Below are positions 17,743-30,690 of a stretch of DNA of 64,000 nt, one piece after another. This stretch comes from Auanema rhodensis (taxonomy: Eukaryota > Animalia > Nematoda). The notes under the pieces were generated by a model. The model was given only the letters and a program-made list of their open reading frames with translations. It was not told where the DNA came from and made no database searches. A program made the position numbers and the translations under genes. Each line of letters begins with the position of its first letter. Within the stretch, counting starts at the first letter, position 1. The stretch is from the NCBI GenBank assembly GCA_964057225.1, contig OZ059894.1, positions 10,354,001 through 10,418,000 on the forward strand, given 5' to 3'.

Positions 17743-18668
17743 AGGGATCAGAGAGAAATCTGAGAATGAATTCATTTTCTCCCTCCATCTCCAAAAATTA
17801 TATGTATACATAAACGAGGGTGAAGGATCAGAATCATTAGAATCGTCGTCATTGTTTTTATAATTTTTGACGTAAATGACAGGTTATATAGATGACCTAC
17901 ATAGCCTAAATATTTAATAATTTAATAATAATATCAATAATATAAAGAATTATTTATATGAAAATATAAATATTTACTTTTTTTTTGGTGAAGATGTGTT
18001 AATATTATTATTTTTTTTGTTAATTATTCTTCCTCACGGTATTTCAATCGTGTTTATCAGATATGTATTTACTCTTTGTATAATCTCTTTACTCTTTTAA
18101 ACTTTCCCTCTATCTCTGTTTTTCAGATAATAGCTCTCTAACTTCATGATTGACGTCAGCATCAGCTGGCATCATCACCGAAAAATCCTACATCCAATTT
18201 GCAAGTCAGCAGATTCCATCGTGACAGTGTCTGAAACGTAAAAAACGAATATTTGAAACAGAATTTTAGAACTGAAACTTAGTCATCTGATTGCTAAATA
18301 TCTATCATAGATGTGATTAAACTTCCAAAAACAAACGACAAGATGTGATTTTAGAATTCTCTTATCGTTTAGGCCAAAAATATAATTTGAGACCAAACGA
18401 ACCAAAGGAGAGCCATGTTAACGTTAGTTTTGTCACAAATTCAGAAAAAATGATGAGGAAAAGGACGACAAAGATGATGTTGATGATGATGATGTAAGTG
18501 AGAAGACTTAAATCATTTCATTAACTTGTGAGTTAGCATTTCTTATTAGTGAACAAACAGCAAAGATCGTGTATGATGTTGCTACATCAGCTACTTCTCT
18601 CAACTAATACATGTTGAAGTAAGAAAGAAGATGATAGAAGGTACATTTGAATAAGGATAAATAGAGTG

Positions 18669-18708
<40 letters not shown>

Positions 18709-19532
18709 AAGAAAGAGAAAGAAAGAGAGATTAATCATTTTCGAATAAGTAAAACTAAGAAAGAGTAAGAGATTATAAGTAGTTGTCCACCACATATACC
18801 GTAGATGAAAGTTAAATTTACACAAAGTATGTTGTGAAAAAAAGGAATTTAATTTGAAAACAAAAAGAAAAACGAATAGAAAAATAATGGAGAAGCTGCA
18901 GAAGTTTGTTAAACTATATACATATAAGGCAAGTTGAATCTCTAGCACATCATTTCGTTTTGTATTTCTGTGATGTATGGGTGGGGGGGGGGCAGTAGAA
19001 TTGCAAATTGGAAAATTTTATTTATTACATGTAAGTTACAGAGAATCGTTGTTTGAGTTAATTGAAAATACAAGAAAGAAATTAATTTGATGTTATTCTG
19101 ACTATAGCTTCATACGAACTATAGAAGAAGAACTGAAACTTACATGAAAGATGATGATGCTGATGTTGGTGGCGATAATGGTGGTGGTGGTGGTGGTGGA
19201 CATAGTGGAGCATTAGATAATCATTCTCAATGTTGAGAAAGAAGTTTCTTTCTTTCAATGTTCTATTTCGTATGACTTATGTCTTTTCAAATTCAATGTC
19301 GTTCATACTGACTGACTTCTCAATAACTGTGTAGAAGATGATGATGATGATGATGTTGTGGATTAGAATTGTTGTTGCTACTACTACTACTACGACTACT
19401 TTTGAAGCTTACATATGAAGTTGAAGGATGCCAGAAGATAGTGATGACAAAGGTGATGAAATCTTAAGTAGTCAGCAATTCTTCTGTTAGACCATTATGA
19501 TAAAGAAAAGAGGAATGGAAGAGAGAACGAGG

Positions 19533-19588
<56 letters not shown>

Positions 19589-20982
19589 GAAGTTATAAAC
19601 GAGAGGTTGAAAGGGAGAGGTTGAGAGGGTTGGTATTTTGAAAGAGAACTAGTGGTTGAAGAGAGGGATGGAAAGAGAATTAGTGGATGAGAAAGCAAAA
19701 TAACGAATGTTGATGAGCATCCAAAAACAGAATTTTTATCTTTTTAACTTTGCTTTTTGCAAAATAATATTATTCTTTTCTTTATTTTCAAAGAAATTGG
19801 GGACAAATTGTATAAAAAAATTAAATGAAGTATTGAAATAAGTAAAAATCTATTAGAACATTCTCATATCTTCGAAGATTAATGCGGTACGCTGATGATG
19901 TTGCTGTCGTAGGAGATACAGAATAAGCTTGATGTCTGATGCTGATGATGATGACGACATTGGAAAGTATAGAAACATTAGTTAAGAAATAGAAAAATAA
20001 TTTATATTACAGAAGAATATGAATGTAAACTTACAAAACTTTTTTTTGTCTTTCCAAATAAGTTCGTTTAGAAAATTCTTAAACAACATTCATATACATA
20101 CATTCATTCATTCATATGATGAGAGAGAGAGTAGAGAGAGAGAGAGAGAGAGAGAGAAATAGTTTCTTCTATATTTCATTTATGTATGTGGATGTACATA
20201 CATGTTGTATGTCAAAAAAGCTAAATTCTACAAATATATTGACAGAATATAAAAAAAAATGAAAAAAAATATCAAAATATACATTCTTATATATAGTTAA
20301 AAATTTTTATTTTAATAATAATAATATAGTACAGTAAATGTCCATCTATGTACATTCATGTATAACCACAGTTATTGCCCTCTCTCTCTCTCTCGCCCAC
20401 GCACTCTTTCTCTCTCTCTCTCTCTCTTTCTCTCTTAGTTTTAGTCTACTTTTCTTCTTTTTTTTACTTTTTAAATGAAAAAAAAATTGTATTGTCTGAT
20501 TTGTTTTTTTTTCTCATAAAAACTAAATATGTTCTTGAGAAATATTTGAGAGATTTTAAAATTATTGAAATACAGAGAATTGGAGAAATAGAAAGAAGAG
20601 ACAAAGAGAGATATATGTGTATGTATAGTTAAAATAAAAATGGAAATGTAAGAAGAGAATGATGAAAAATAAATTAAAAAAAAGGAAAAATATTCAAAAT
20701 TACACAGGTAAATATATTTATTTTATCTTTTTTTTTGGTAAAACATGTATTATAATCATGTAACAACGAGACAACGAATAAGAGCTTAGGGTTAGGATGG
20801 GTTAGTAGAGGCAAAAGATAGGTAAAGAGGAAAAAGAGGGAAAAATGGCTATTTCTTTGATTTTATGAGAAAAAAAAGGAAATTTTTTATTTGACAATAA
20901 AGATTTCTTAAAATGAAAAAAAAACGAAAAAATTTAAATCAATGATAATTAGAATGAAATAAAGGACACGAAAGAGATACAA

Positions 20983-21013
<31 letters not shown>

Positions 21014-21134
21014 AAAAAAAAAAAAAGAGAAAACAGAATAAAAAGTGGTACATCCAGTAGGGATTTGACTATACGGATATTTTTAAAAAGAAAACATGGT
21101 CTTTTAACTTTTTTTAGAAAATATAGTGACAAGC

Positions 21135-23228
21135 TTAAGCACGAGCAAGATGACTTGTCCGGGGATCAGGTAAACTGGCTCCTAGAGGTGTCAGATCAAT
21201 GCAACTACTGGATGGGCCCGACCGTGGACACTGAAAGCCAAAAAGTTGCAAACGTTTTGGAGTGAAGTGACAAACCTGGAGGCGAAAACAGTCCTTCTCT
21301 CTGTCTTCCGCACGGAATAATTCAGATGTTGACGCATGATGGTAAGCTATTCTAAAATTAAAATTGATTTCAGCGGCTTTTTCAAGATTTATGTCGCACC
21401 TTGCATGGCTGGAGAGATGGCTTCCAGTACTACTAAGACTTGATTGGCTTCCTTTGTTAAACAACGAGGTTGCACTGCCTCTTCTAAAGCAAGAATCAGT
21501 TTTAATTTGAATCTTAGTATTAAATACAAACCTTAATCCATTTTCGGTTGAAGTATACAAATTATTTGTGCTGGAAGCCATATTAGCTGTTGAACCACGA
21601 CGTGGAGCAGCACGAAGTCTGTCTATCATAGCAGCTATCATGATTGTCCATGCACGACAAGCATCAGGAAATCCACGAACACAATCCTAAAAAGGATTTA
21701 AATAATTCTTAATCTTTGATATACTACTATCAAAATAATTCAAAATTTCATTTTTGGGAGCCTCAGGATGAAATAAGTTACGCTCACTGACAGTCAACCT
21801 AACATTTGGTTGTTAAACATCATTGGCTATCGATGAGATGTTACACATTTCTCGACTACATCACATTCCCCGTACATTTTACGGGTGCGGAAAACTCTTT
21901 GGCAGTTGTACTAATGTTCATTACGTATTGTCAAATATTTATTATTACACATCAAGAATTATATTTCATTTTCAATTATTTTATATTAAAAATAATATAA
22001 ATATTTACCTGAATTACTACAATATCAACAAAATATTGGCCGACTTTTTCCCAATGTGCTGATTGGAAGCCATATTGGCGATAAGCCAAGTGCTTTCTTC
22101 CTAGAACAATGAAACGATTAAAAAGAATAGAAAAAGAAGAAATATGTATAAGTTATATAAATTTACCGATTGAATCTAAATGGTCAAACATTTCTTGTGG
22201 ATCAGAATGAAGATTTTGAATAACTTGTGATATTAATGACACTAAGAAATGGACATGATCATGAACTGTTGCTGTTTTTGATTTTGAGATTCTATAATAA
22301 TGATGATAAATACTCAATAGTAATATGGTCTTTCTGTTTTATTTTAAATGAAAATAAATGTTTAAAAATTTCTATTTTAGTAAATTATATGCTAATTTAT
22401 GGTTGACGTGATGATAGTCACGTACGTAGTTATTTAAATTTCAAAAGTAGTTCAGAGCGGTTGCATTTAATTATAAATTGTTCTTTATTATTTTATTTAA
22501 AAAAAAACATTTATGTTTAATTATTTACATATATAAATGTTTTTTTTCATTTATTTTATAAAGTTAATTAATAAAAATATGTTTTAATATACCTTTTTTC
22601 ACATCTTTCTTGCATAGAATCAACAAAAGCTGATTTATAGAACATTGATTTAACAGTATTATCTTTCTTAAATAATTATTTTGAATATAAGAATTAAATA
22701 ATTGTAATATGATTACCGTATCCATTTTATCGAAAACTTTTGTGACAAGTTTTGTGATGTCATGACATTGACTACCGGGTGGTTCACATAAACGTTGCCA
22801 TGTCATTTTCAATGCTCGAACTTGCTCATGTTTCAAGTTCCATATATTTGCCTTAAAACAATTTTTTGCAAATAAGAAAAAATGAATATGAATAACATAC
22901 CAATGTATTTACTTTCAATGACGGAACACTGCCACTACGTTTACGTGCAACACCGCCGGGAACAGTTAAAGAATTTCCGGAAGACGACTGAAAATACTCA
23001 GGTAGCTAGGCATTTCGGAAGTTTGAATGCAAAAAAGCTTCAACATACATGGATAGACTTCAATGTTGTTTTAGAAGGAGAAGGAGATACACTTGGATCT
23101 TTGGAGCTTTTCTGAAATTTCCAAATATTTTCAACTTTTATCCTCATTTTAAATCTTACCTTGGTTGTTTTAGTATTTGAATTTCTCTTTTTATAATGAA
23201 AAGCCGAAGAACGCGCTGCTGTCATCAT
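21135..23228 (-). CDS. Nematode globin (glb family) with N- and C-terminal extensions; possible extra first exon at 27181-27215
   Basis: A-helix LKHEQVRALKMTWQRL, CD region VKSMFYKSAF, E-helix TVHDHVHFLVSLISQVIQNL (distal His), F-helix DSIGRKHLAY (proximal His), G/H helices GFQSAHWEKVGQYF...ACRAWTIMIAAMIDRL. The specific glb orthologue was not identified. Confidence 0.88.
21759..21828 (-). ncRNA. Candidate box C/D snoRNA in a globin intron (sense orientation)
   Basis: Minus strand reads AGCC-A-ATGATGT...GTTGA-CTGTCA-GTGAGCG...CTGA-GGCT: a 4-bp terminal stem, C-like box, degenerate D'/C' boxes and a perfect D box, ~70 nt in total. Confidence 0.55.
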
Positions 23229-26200
23229 TTTGACTGAAAAATTATATTTGAAAACTGAATTTATCTCACAATATTCATGCGAATGTGTTTTTAGGTTCTG
23301 AAGAATTTAATAATTTTCTTCTTCACTGGAAGTTTTTTCTAAGAAATTGAGATTTGAGGAAGAAGCAGCAGAAGATGTGATAGAAGTTTACAGTGAGATA
23401 ACCAAAGAGAGATAGAGAGAGGGAAGATGTTTGAATAGAAAACAATAAAATTAGCAAGAGGAAATGAGACTAAAGTTGAACTGAAGATTTCAAGTTTCAA
23501 CCCATAGTTTGAATTGAAACTTGAATCGTCAAAAAAAATATTTTTAACAAAGAAAGATGGAGCAAGGAAGAGAGAGAGAGAGAGAGAGCGACTGAGGAGA
23601 TGTAAGCCATGATAGTGAAAACTGATTTTATAAAAAGAAAAAAAAATTTTTAGAAGAAAACAGGAATAAGGAAGTTGTTTCTAAAAGAGAATTTGAGTGA
23701 AATAGATTAAGCTGTCTTCTTTGGCATCACCTCTTTGTATTACATGTTACTTGTATAAATCGTTCTATGCCTCTCAGAACCTCCCTGATACACGTTTTTT
23801 TTGATATTTCCTTTTTATTCTCACAATTTTATGTCAAAAACATGGAAAACGTAAAGAAGAAAAGTCAAAAATAGAAAAAATATATGAAATACATCTAGTG
23901 ATTATAGATGACTGAGATGGCTGGACGAAAATTCGTCAGGTCTCAGGAGACAAATCATCGACAAAAGTTTTTAGTTAAACGGATCGAGAAAGGAGATGTC
24001 TCTCTCTCTCTCTTTCTCTCCGGCTGTTTTACAACATCAACTACTCAAGAAGCTTTTCTCTTTGAAACTGAACAACGCTCATTTGAATCGCAATCCCCAC
24101 CAGACACATTTTCTACTTTCATACTATGAAGTAATGGAGTAAGAAACAAGTAAAGAAAGATAAAAGAAAGAGAGAATTGAAAGAGAGTACAGAGAGAAAG
24201 AGAGAAAGGGAGAGCTAAAGAGTGAAGATGAAGGACAAAAAATGGTCGAAGAAAGAGGCTAAAGAGAGATAGAGAGATGAAAAGGATCACATAAATAAGT
24301 ACATCGATTACTTTTTTTTTTAAATAAATAAAAATTTATTGAGTTTTATAAAAATAAAAAATGATAAATGACCATAACACTTAAACTTTTTCTGTATTTT
24401 CCCCCCATTATCTAATCAAGTTAACATCATCTTCTATGCTATTTTGAGAATAAGTATGTAGTTCTTATATGAAAACTATTTGAAATTCTTCGAAAGAATT
24501 GTTGAAGAAATATTCAAAACGTGGGAAGTTTCAAGCTCATTTCTAAAAAAAAAAAATTATGAAGTAAAGAATATGGCGGCATGGTCTTTTATAAGAAATA
24601 TTGCAAATAGACGAACTTGCTGTAAACTTTTGATTTTGAATATAAAAACAAATAAAAAGGGAACTAAAGAATAGAGAGAAGAAATGAATTTCGGTCATAT
24701 TTTCATAACAAACGCAATATGAGAGGTACATAAGTATGTGTATGATGTCAGAGAAAGTGAGAAGATAGAGAGAATGAAAGAGAAAGAGAGAGAGAGAGAG
24801 AGGGAATTGGAAAGATTCTTGATGGTATCAAAACTTTGAAAGTTGAAAACTACTAAAAGTTTGCAAAAGTTGCATTCCACAATAAAAAGTTGAAAATAAT
24901 AAAGAGTTTCTTCATGATACTTCCAACTTTGTACGCTTTCATTCCAAATATGAAAGAATTTTCATTGAAATGACGGAAAAAGAGAAATGTCTAATGAGAT
25001 AATACACCTGAATAAGCTTTAAGTTTGACTTTATTTGAAAAAGTTTGAGTTTGGTCAAATATTTTAGTGGAAGAATGCAATTTTTTGAAATATTTCGAGA
25101 TATGACCACGAGGTAGTTATGTGATTTAAGATCAAAGAAAAGAAAAAAAACAATTTTTTATTAAAAAAATACTTAAAAACCATAAAGTTTTAAAGTTTAA
25201 CCAAGCTAATATGGAAAGGTTCGTATGTCCATGGCTATAAAATCATTTGTCATCTGCATCTCAAACGGCTGGATTGACATCTTTTTGGTTTTCAGACCTC
25301 AAAGTTCAAGAAAAGCCTTAGAGAAAACAAACATTTATACCAAAAAAAGCTTGGAGAAAACTAATTATGATAGGAAATTGTATCTGTAACGATAAGATAC
25401 GACGACATAATGCAGTTTAACAGGGTAAATTGACTACAATTAGTGGAAAAAGCTCAAGAAGTGAACTTGGACTGAGAAGTACGTGATTCAACTCGTTCGA
25501 TGAGTATTTATGATGATATTTCTTAAAATAGAAGAAAAAGGAAAAAAAAAGAAAAAGGGTACAAGAGAGAGAAGTGGAAAAGGGGAAGGATTTAGATGTG
25601 AACAAGGAAAAGCATGCTTTGCAGGGGTGGAAATTGAGTTCAAAGTTGTTGAAGAAAATCTTCCTCATGATAGTTTCGATGTGTTATCTTAAGGGAGTTA
25701 GATGGAAAAGATCGGAAGAGTGTTTGGTAGAAGAATTGAAAGAGGATAGAGAGAATGAGACAGAGATAGTAAACCAGACGAAGATGAGGAAGAGGAGTAC
25801 AAGATGGAAAATAGATGATGATGGGATTGAGTGTAGACGAGAACTTGTTGCAATTTTTCCAAACATTTTTACAAAAGAAAGTTGGAAGAGGACAAAAAGA
25901 ATTCTTATAGATGTATGTTACTATCATTCTCTCTATATATATATCCTAAGTATAATGATAAGTTCATATTGAAGTAATGATGGACTTAGACAGAAAAATA
26001 TGTCGTCGACTCAAAGAACATTGTCCCTGAGGCATTATACATGAGAATTAATTTTATTTTTTTCTTCATCTTCATAATACCGATATATAGAATATCTAGA
26101 GAGAGAGAGAGAGAGAGATAAAAATGGAATTTTGTCATTTCCTTCCTTAGAAAATATCTAAATTTAGGAAAAAAATTGAATTAGAATCATCTGACTAGAT

Positions 26201-27939
26201 GTGAGATGTTTCTCTATTTCCACAATTTGTGAAATTGGTGTCAAAGACTTGCAACATTGAGCCTCACATGAAGTTAAGTATCTCTAATTATATTAAATAT
26301 ATAAATTAATATAAAAAACCTTATTAAGATAGAGAAAAGAAAGTAAAAGACGGATATTAGGAGGGAGAGAGAGAGTAGGAACACAAGCTTGGGTGTAGAT
26401 AGGTAAGCAGTGCAACCTCCTGGTGCATCATTCTTTCCGAGTTACATAAGGGCCATGTTTTGGGTAAAGAGGGGGGGAGGTAAAAACAGAAAAGTGGACA
26501 AAGCAAGAATAGAAGAAGTAAAAGGGGAGCATATTGTGAGTTAAGATAAAGAATAAGAAGAAGACGAAGAAGACGAAGAAGAAGAAGGAAGAAGGAAGGA
26601 AAGAAAAAATAATGTGAAAGGAATAAAAGAAGAAACTAAACAGAGAGAATGATATAACATGAAGAAATAATAAAATCACGCCCACCAAAAGAGCTTTATA
26701 AGGATATTGTTGTCAAGATATTACATACAGATATTGATATGTTAGTAGATGGGTATGTATGTGTGTGTGAAGCACATATTGTGAATTTCGAGAGAGAATT
26801 CAGAATGAATGAAGCTGAATTGGAAGAAGCATATCAACGGATGATATGTTGACGTGGTGAAGTTGCATTAAGCATATCTCGCTCATTTTCCTTTTTTCCT
26901 TCAAATTTGACAGAAAGAATTGTAATTATTCTAAAACAATTTTCATTTCTTCGACATGCTATCATCAGACATGTTTCAAAAACTTATCTAAAAAGCTTAT
27001 GACAAGTTAGATTGACAACATCAACTGGCTGTTGTGTGGAATATTTCCTTCATTTTCAGAAAAATTCACAAAAAAAGTTGAAATGATGAGACGGAATTAG
27101 AGAAGTTTTCAAGAATATTTAGTAGAGAAATAGAGAAGAGGCATATGTGGATGGTAACTGACTGAAAGCTCTATACTTACTTGGCATGTTGCAGGCCCAC
27201 ACGTTCAATTCAAATCTGAAGATCAGATTGAGAAGTTTGTTTAGAGCAACTTGAAAGCTAAGCAAGAATATGAAGAAGTTTTTCGGAAATAACTTTGTCG
27301 TCGTAGTTGTCGCCTCTCTAAATGCCGTCGGTGAGCGTCTTCGTCGTCGTTGTGGTCGTCGTCGTCGTCGTCGTCTTCGGTGACGAGAAATTCGACGATG
27401 TCAATTTTTACAATTGGACTCCTAAACTGCTCTTTCTTCAGAATAGCCTTAAGGAATAGCCGATTCAAATGAGAAAATGAAGAGTTTAGTCACAGTTTAT
27501 TAAATAAAAATATGAAAATGATGTAATATACAGATATACACTATACAAGTTTAATGATATAATACTCAATGATCAAAGTATAATAATTGTATTTTTCCTA
27601 TTTTCTCTTATATCCTTCATCATCATCATCTTCTTCTTAAATTATATATTATACAGATATACATATAAGTAGATATATGTATATAGTTAAGTTTTGGTGA
27701 TGATCATCTTTTTTAAACTTGAATATTTGAAAAATATAATAAACGAAAGACGAAAATAGATTTTTGAATAAGAGACCAGTATACTTGATACGAATGTTTC
27801 ATAGTCGTTAATCCTTAAGATGGAACTATATGAAGAAATAAAAATGACAAAATCCCTCAAATAGTTTGTCAGAATGAACTCAACTATCATAGAATTGAAG
27901 AAGAAGAAGCTGACTTTGAAAGTCTTACTTGTCTTCTTC

Positions 27940-29209
27940 TCAGACTTTTTCTTTCGTTTTTTCCTTTGTTTGCTGTTTATGTGTTTTAACCAGTGTTTTA
28001 ACATCTCGACGATGAAGTATGGAATCTTTAGTTAAAGCTTCAATAGCAGCAGTAGCTACAGCTTCTTGACGTCGTTGTTGTAATGCTTCACGATATTGCA
28101 CTGAAAATATACTTTTAGACTGATCATTTTAAAATTATTCACGTATCATTCATCTAATTATATATTTATATTTGAAAAAAAAATTATAAATTATATATTT
28201 AACTAAATAGTTTAAATAAAATAAACGAACTTGAATGAATAATTAGGAGTCCACCCCAAGCAATTGACCAAAACCAGCCAACAAATAAGAATGTTATAGT
28301 AAAAAACTGACTAATACCAACTAATAGATTAACTAAAATATGCTAACTATAACAAGAAAAAACAAATGAAATATGCTTCTAATACCTATAAGAGTAACCA
28401 ATTTTCTACCTTCTTTCATGTTAACTCTAGGCTGTCCCATACATAATGCTGCCAATCCGGATAAGATTGTGCCTTAAAAGACAAAAAATTATAAATAAAT
28501 AAGCTAATTAGCATAAATTCAACCAATTTTTAGCGTTTTCAAAAATAAAATAATAGGACGTTAGCGTAGCTTTTTTGAATTTACGTGAATACACGTGAAT
28601 ACGTCAAATAACGGAGGATATTTGAAAAAAAAAGAAAAATAATAAAATTAATAAATAAGAAGAATATAAAATAATTTATATATATAGTTAAATATAAATA
28701 TAATATATATATAAACCTGTTCCTGGAATAATAATATTAAGTAAAAGACATAGAAGAGCCACCGGAACAGGAAGAAATGGAATTGCTTCATGCATCATTG
28801 TTATGTCATTTGTTGGCAAATTTACCTAAAAAAAAAGAAATAAAAGGACAAATAAATATATAAATTATAAATTATAAATTAAAAAATAAAATAATATAGT
28901 TAGTTCAACATACTTTATCTCCATTTTTAGCTTCTTTCTGTGTATGTGCTTCTTCTTGTGCTGCAAGTACAATACCAGTGATGTTGAATGCATTTCCTGT
29001 CTTAAACACACAAAAATACTCAAATAATCAATTGAAATACAGAAAATGTTCTAAAAACTTTTTAAAAATGAAAAAGAAGAAGACAAACTAACAGATTGAG
29101 CTTGTAGTATCCCTTCACTCTTTCCATATTCAATTATTCTAGGTAAAGCCTTCTGAACTGCTCTCCATCCTCGTACCTTTTCTGCTAAATCTTTCAATTG
29201 TTTCGACAT
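27940..29209 (-). CDS. Stum (stumble)/SPEC3-family membrane protein
   Basis: Six exons in frame: MSKQLKDLAEK...|...HEAIPFLPVPVALLCLLLNIIIPGT|GTILSGLAALCMG...|VNLLVGISQFFTITFLFVGWFWSIAWGGLLII|...QYREALQQRRQEAVA...KEKV*. The AIPxLPxxxAxxCxxLNxxxPGxGT and GWxWSIxWG motifs are characteristic of the family. Confidence 0.88.
28581..28614. repeat. CGTGA-core short array (stum intron)
   Basis: TTACGTGAAT ACACGTGAAT ACGTCAAATA ACG; CpGs at 28584, 28594, 28602 and 28612. Confidence 0.7.
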
Positions 29210-30574
29210 TTTCTGTAACTTTTTCTCGGAAAAATTAAATATTTTAAATAATAAAGTAAGTGAAGAGAATAAAATATCTGTTTTTTTCTTCTTTTTTCTT
29301 TTAATTATTCATTTTAAATATAAAAAAATATATTTAATATGTGTGTAAAAATAAAAATAATATGATTAATTAGTAATAAATATATATTATTTATAAAAAT
29401 ACACATATATCTATCTATATATGAACATATAGATTAATAAAATAATTTTTAAGCCAAAAAAAAAAATAAAAAATCTTATATAGCCAGTCAGTTATGGCTT
29501 ATATGTCCATCGATATTTAGTCTACTTCTACATACAACCGGAAATGGTTGCATTGGTCTTGGTCTGAATTCATTGTGCTTTCAACTACCTTTACAACTTT
29601 TTCTTTATAAATTCAATTTCTATATAAATTTTAGTCACCTTTATGAACTTTTAATATAAAATTTTATTTTTTTATTTTATTTTATTTAAATTTTCAATAA
29701 TTTGAATAATAAAACCTGTTAAGATATTGGCTACACCTTCAGCTACATTTTGAATCATAATTGGTTTGTAAATGAACGGATTTGATGTCAAATTCTTCAA
29801 ATTAAAATTCTAATTCTGATGATTAAGTTGAGTTTAAAGACGAATATTTCTGAAAAAAATTTAAAAAATTTTTTATAAAAGTTAAATCGTAAAGTAAGAA
29901 ACTAAAAGTATATGTCATATAGAAGTAAATGCTTAAATAACTAAATATAAAAGAAATTTCTTTATAAAACAAATAAAAAGAAAAATACTTTTAATGTACT
30001 TTAAAGTAAAAATTCTAAGAAAGAACCTTAGTATTAGCTGTGATTTGAAATAATGCTTGAAAAAGGCTTATACAACAGCTTTAGTAGGCAGAAACAAGGC
30101 ACTAATCATCCAGGCAATTCATACCTGCTATTATAGCTTTTACTTCAAAGGTAACAACTTTATACGAAAGGAAAAACCTCGTTTAAACGATCTTGTGGTC
30201 AAGAAGAAGAAAAAAGTAAAATTTCCATTGAAATTCATAGATATAACTGGTTTTTTTTCCTGAAAATTAAGAGAAGTAAGAACATCAATTATAGAAATTA
30301 TATTTTATTGTATTTCATTGTAAGAATTTAAAGTTTTTATTTAAATAATTTCTATATCATTACATATGATTTAAACTTGTAAAAACTTTGTTCAAATATT
30401 ATATTTTTATATTAAAATATTCCAAATCAAACTCAATTATGTAGATGTTTGTTTGCAGTTTTTTGTTATAAACAGAAAAAAAATGAAAAATATTTCAAGT
30501 TATAACAAGTTGAAATAACGATGAAGTATAGAATATAAACAAAAAATAAAAAATATCTATATATACATCCATAC

Positions 30575-30690
30575 CAGGGTTGTGTGGACCGGATCGATAG
30601 ATCCGCAAAATCCTCAATATTGCTGTATTTCGTTAGATCCGGATCCGTAAACGATACTGCGGATCCTGCCCCGACCGGACCACCGGATCA
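30575..30690. mobile_element. GC-rich relic with repeated GGATC/GATCC motifs, possibly one end of a non-autonomous DNA transposon
   Basis: Starts CAGGGTTG and contains ACCGGATC, GATCCG, GATCCGGATCCG, GCGGATCC and ACCGGATC within ~115 bp. Sharp composition contrast with the flanks. No partner TIR or TSD found. Confidence 0.35.

Noticed and set aside
20784-20805. TTAGGG-TTAGG telomere-like sequence (also GCCTAAGCCTGA at 59461 in a cyclin K exon)
   Set aside because: Only one or two degenerate units; expected by chance or explained by coding sequence.
26024-26215. miRNA seed look-alikes (TCCCTGAG lin-4-like at ~26024; TGACTAGA miR-279/45-like at ~26192)
   Set aside because: Only 8-9 nt matches, with no complementary arm nearby.
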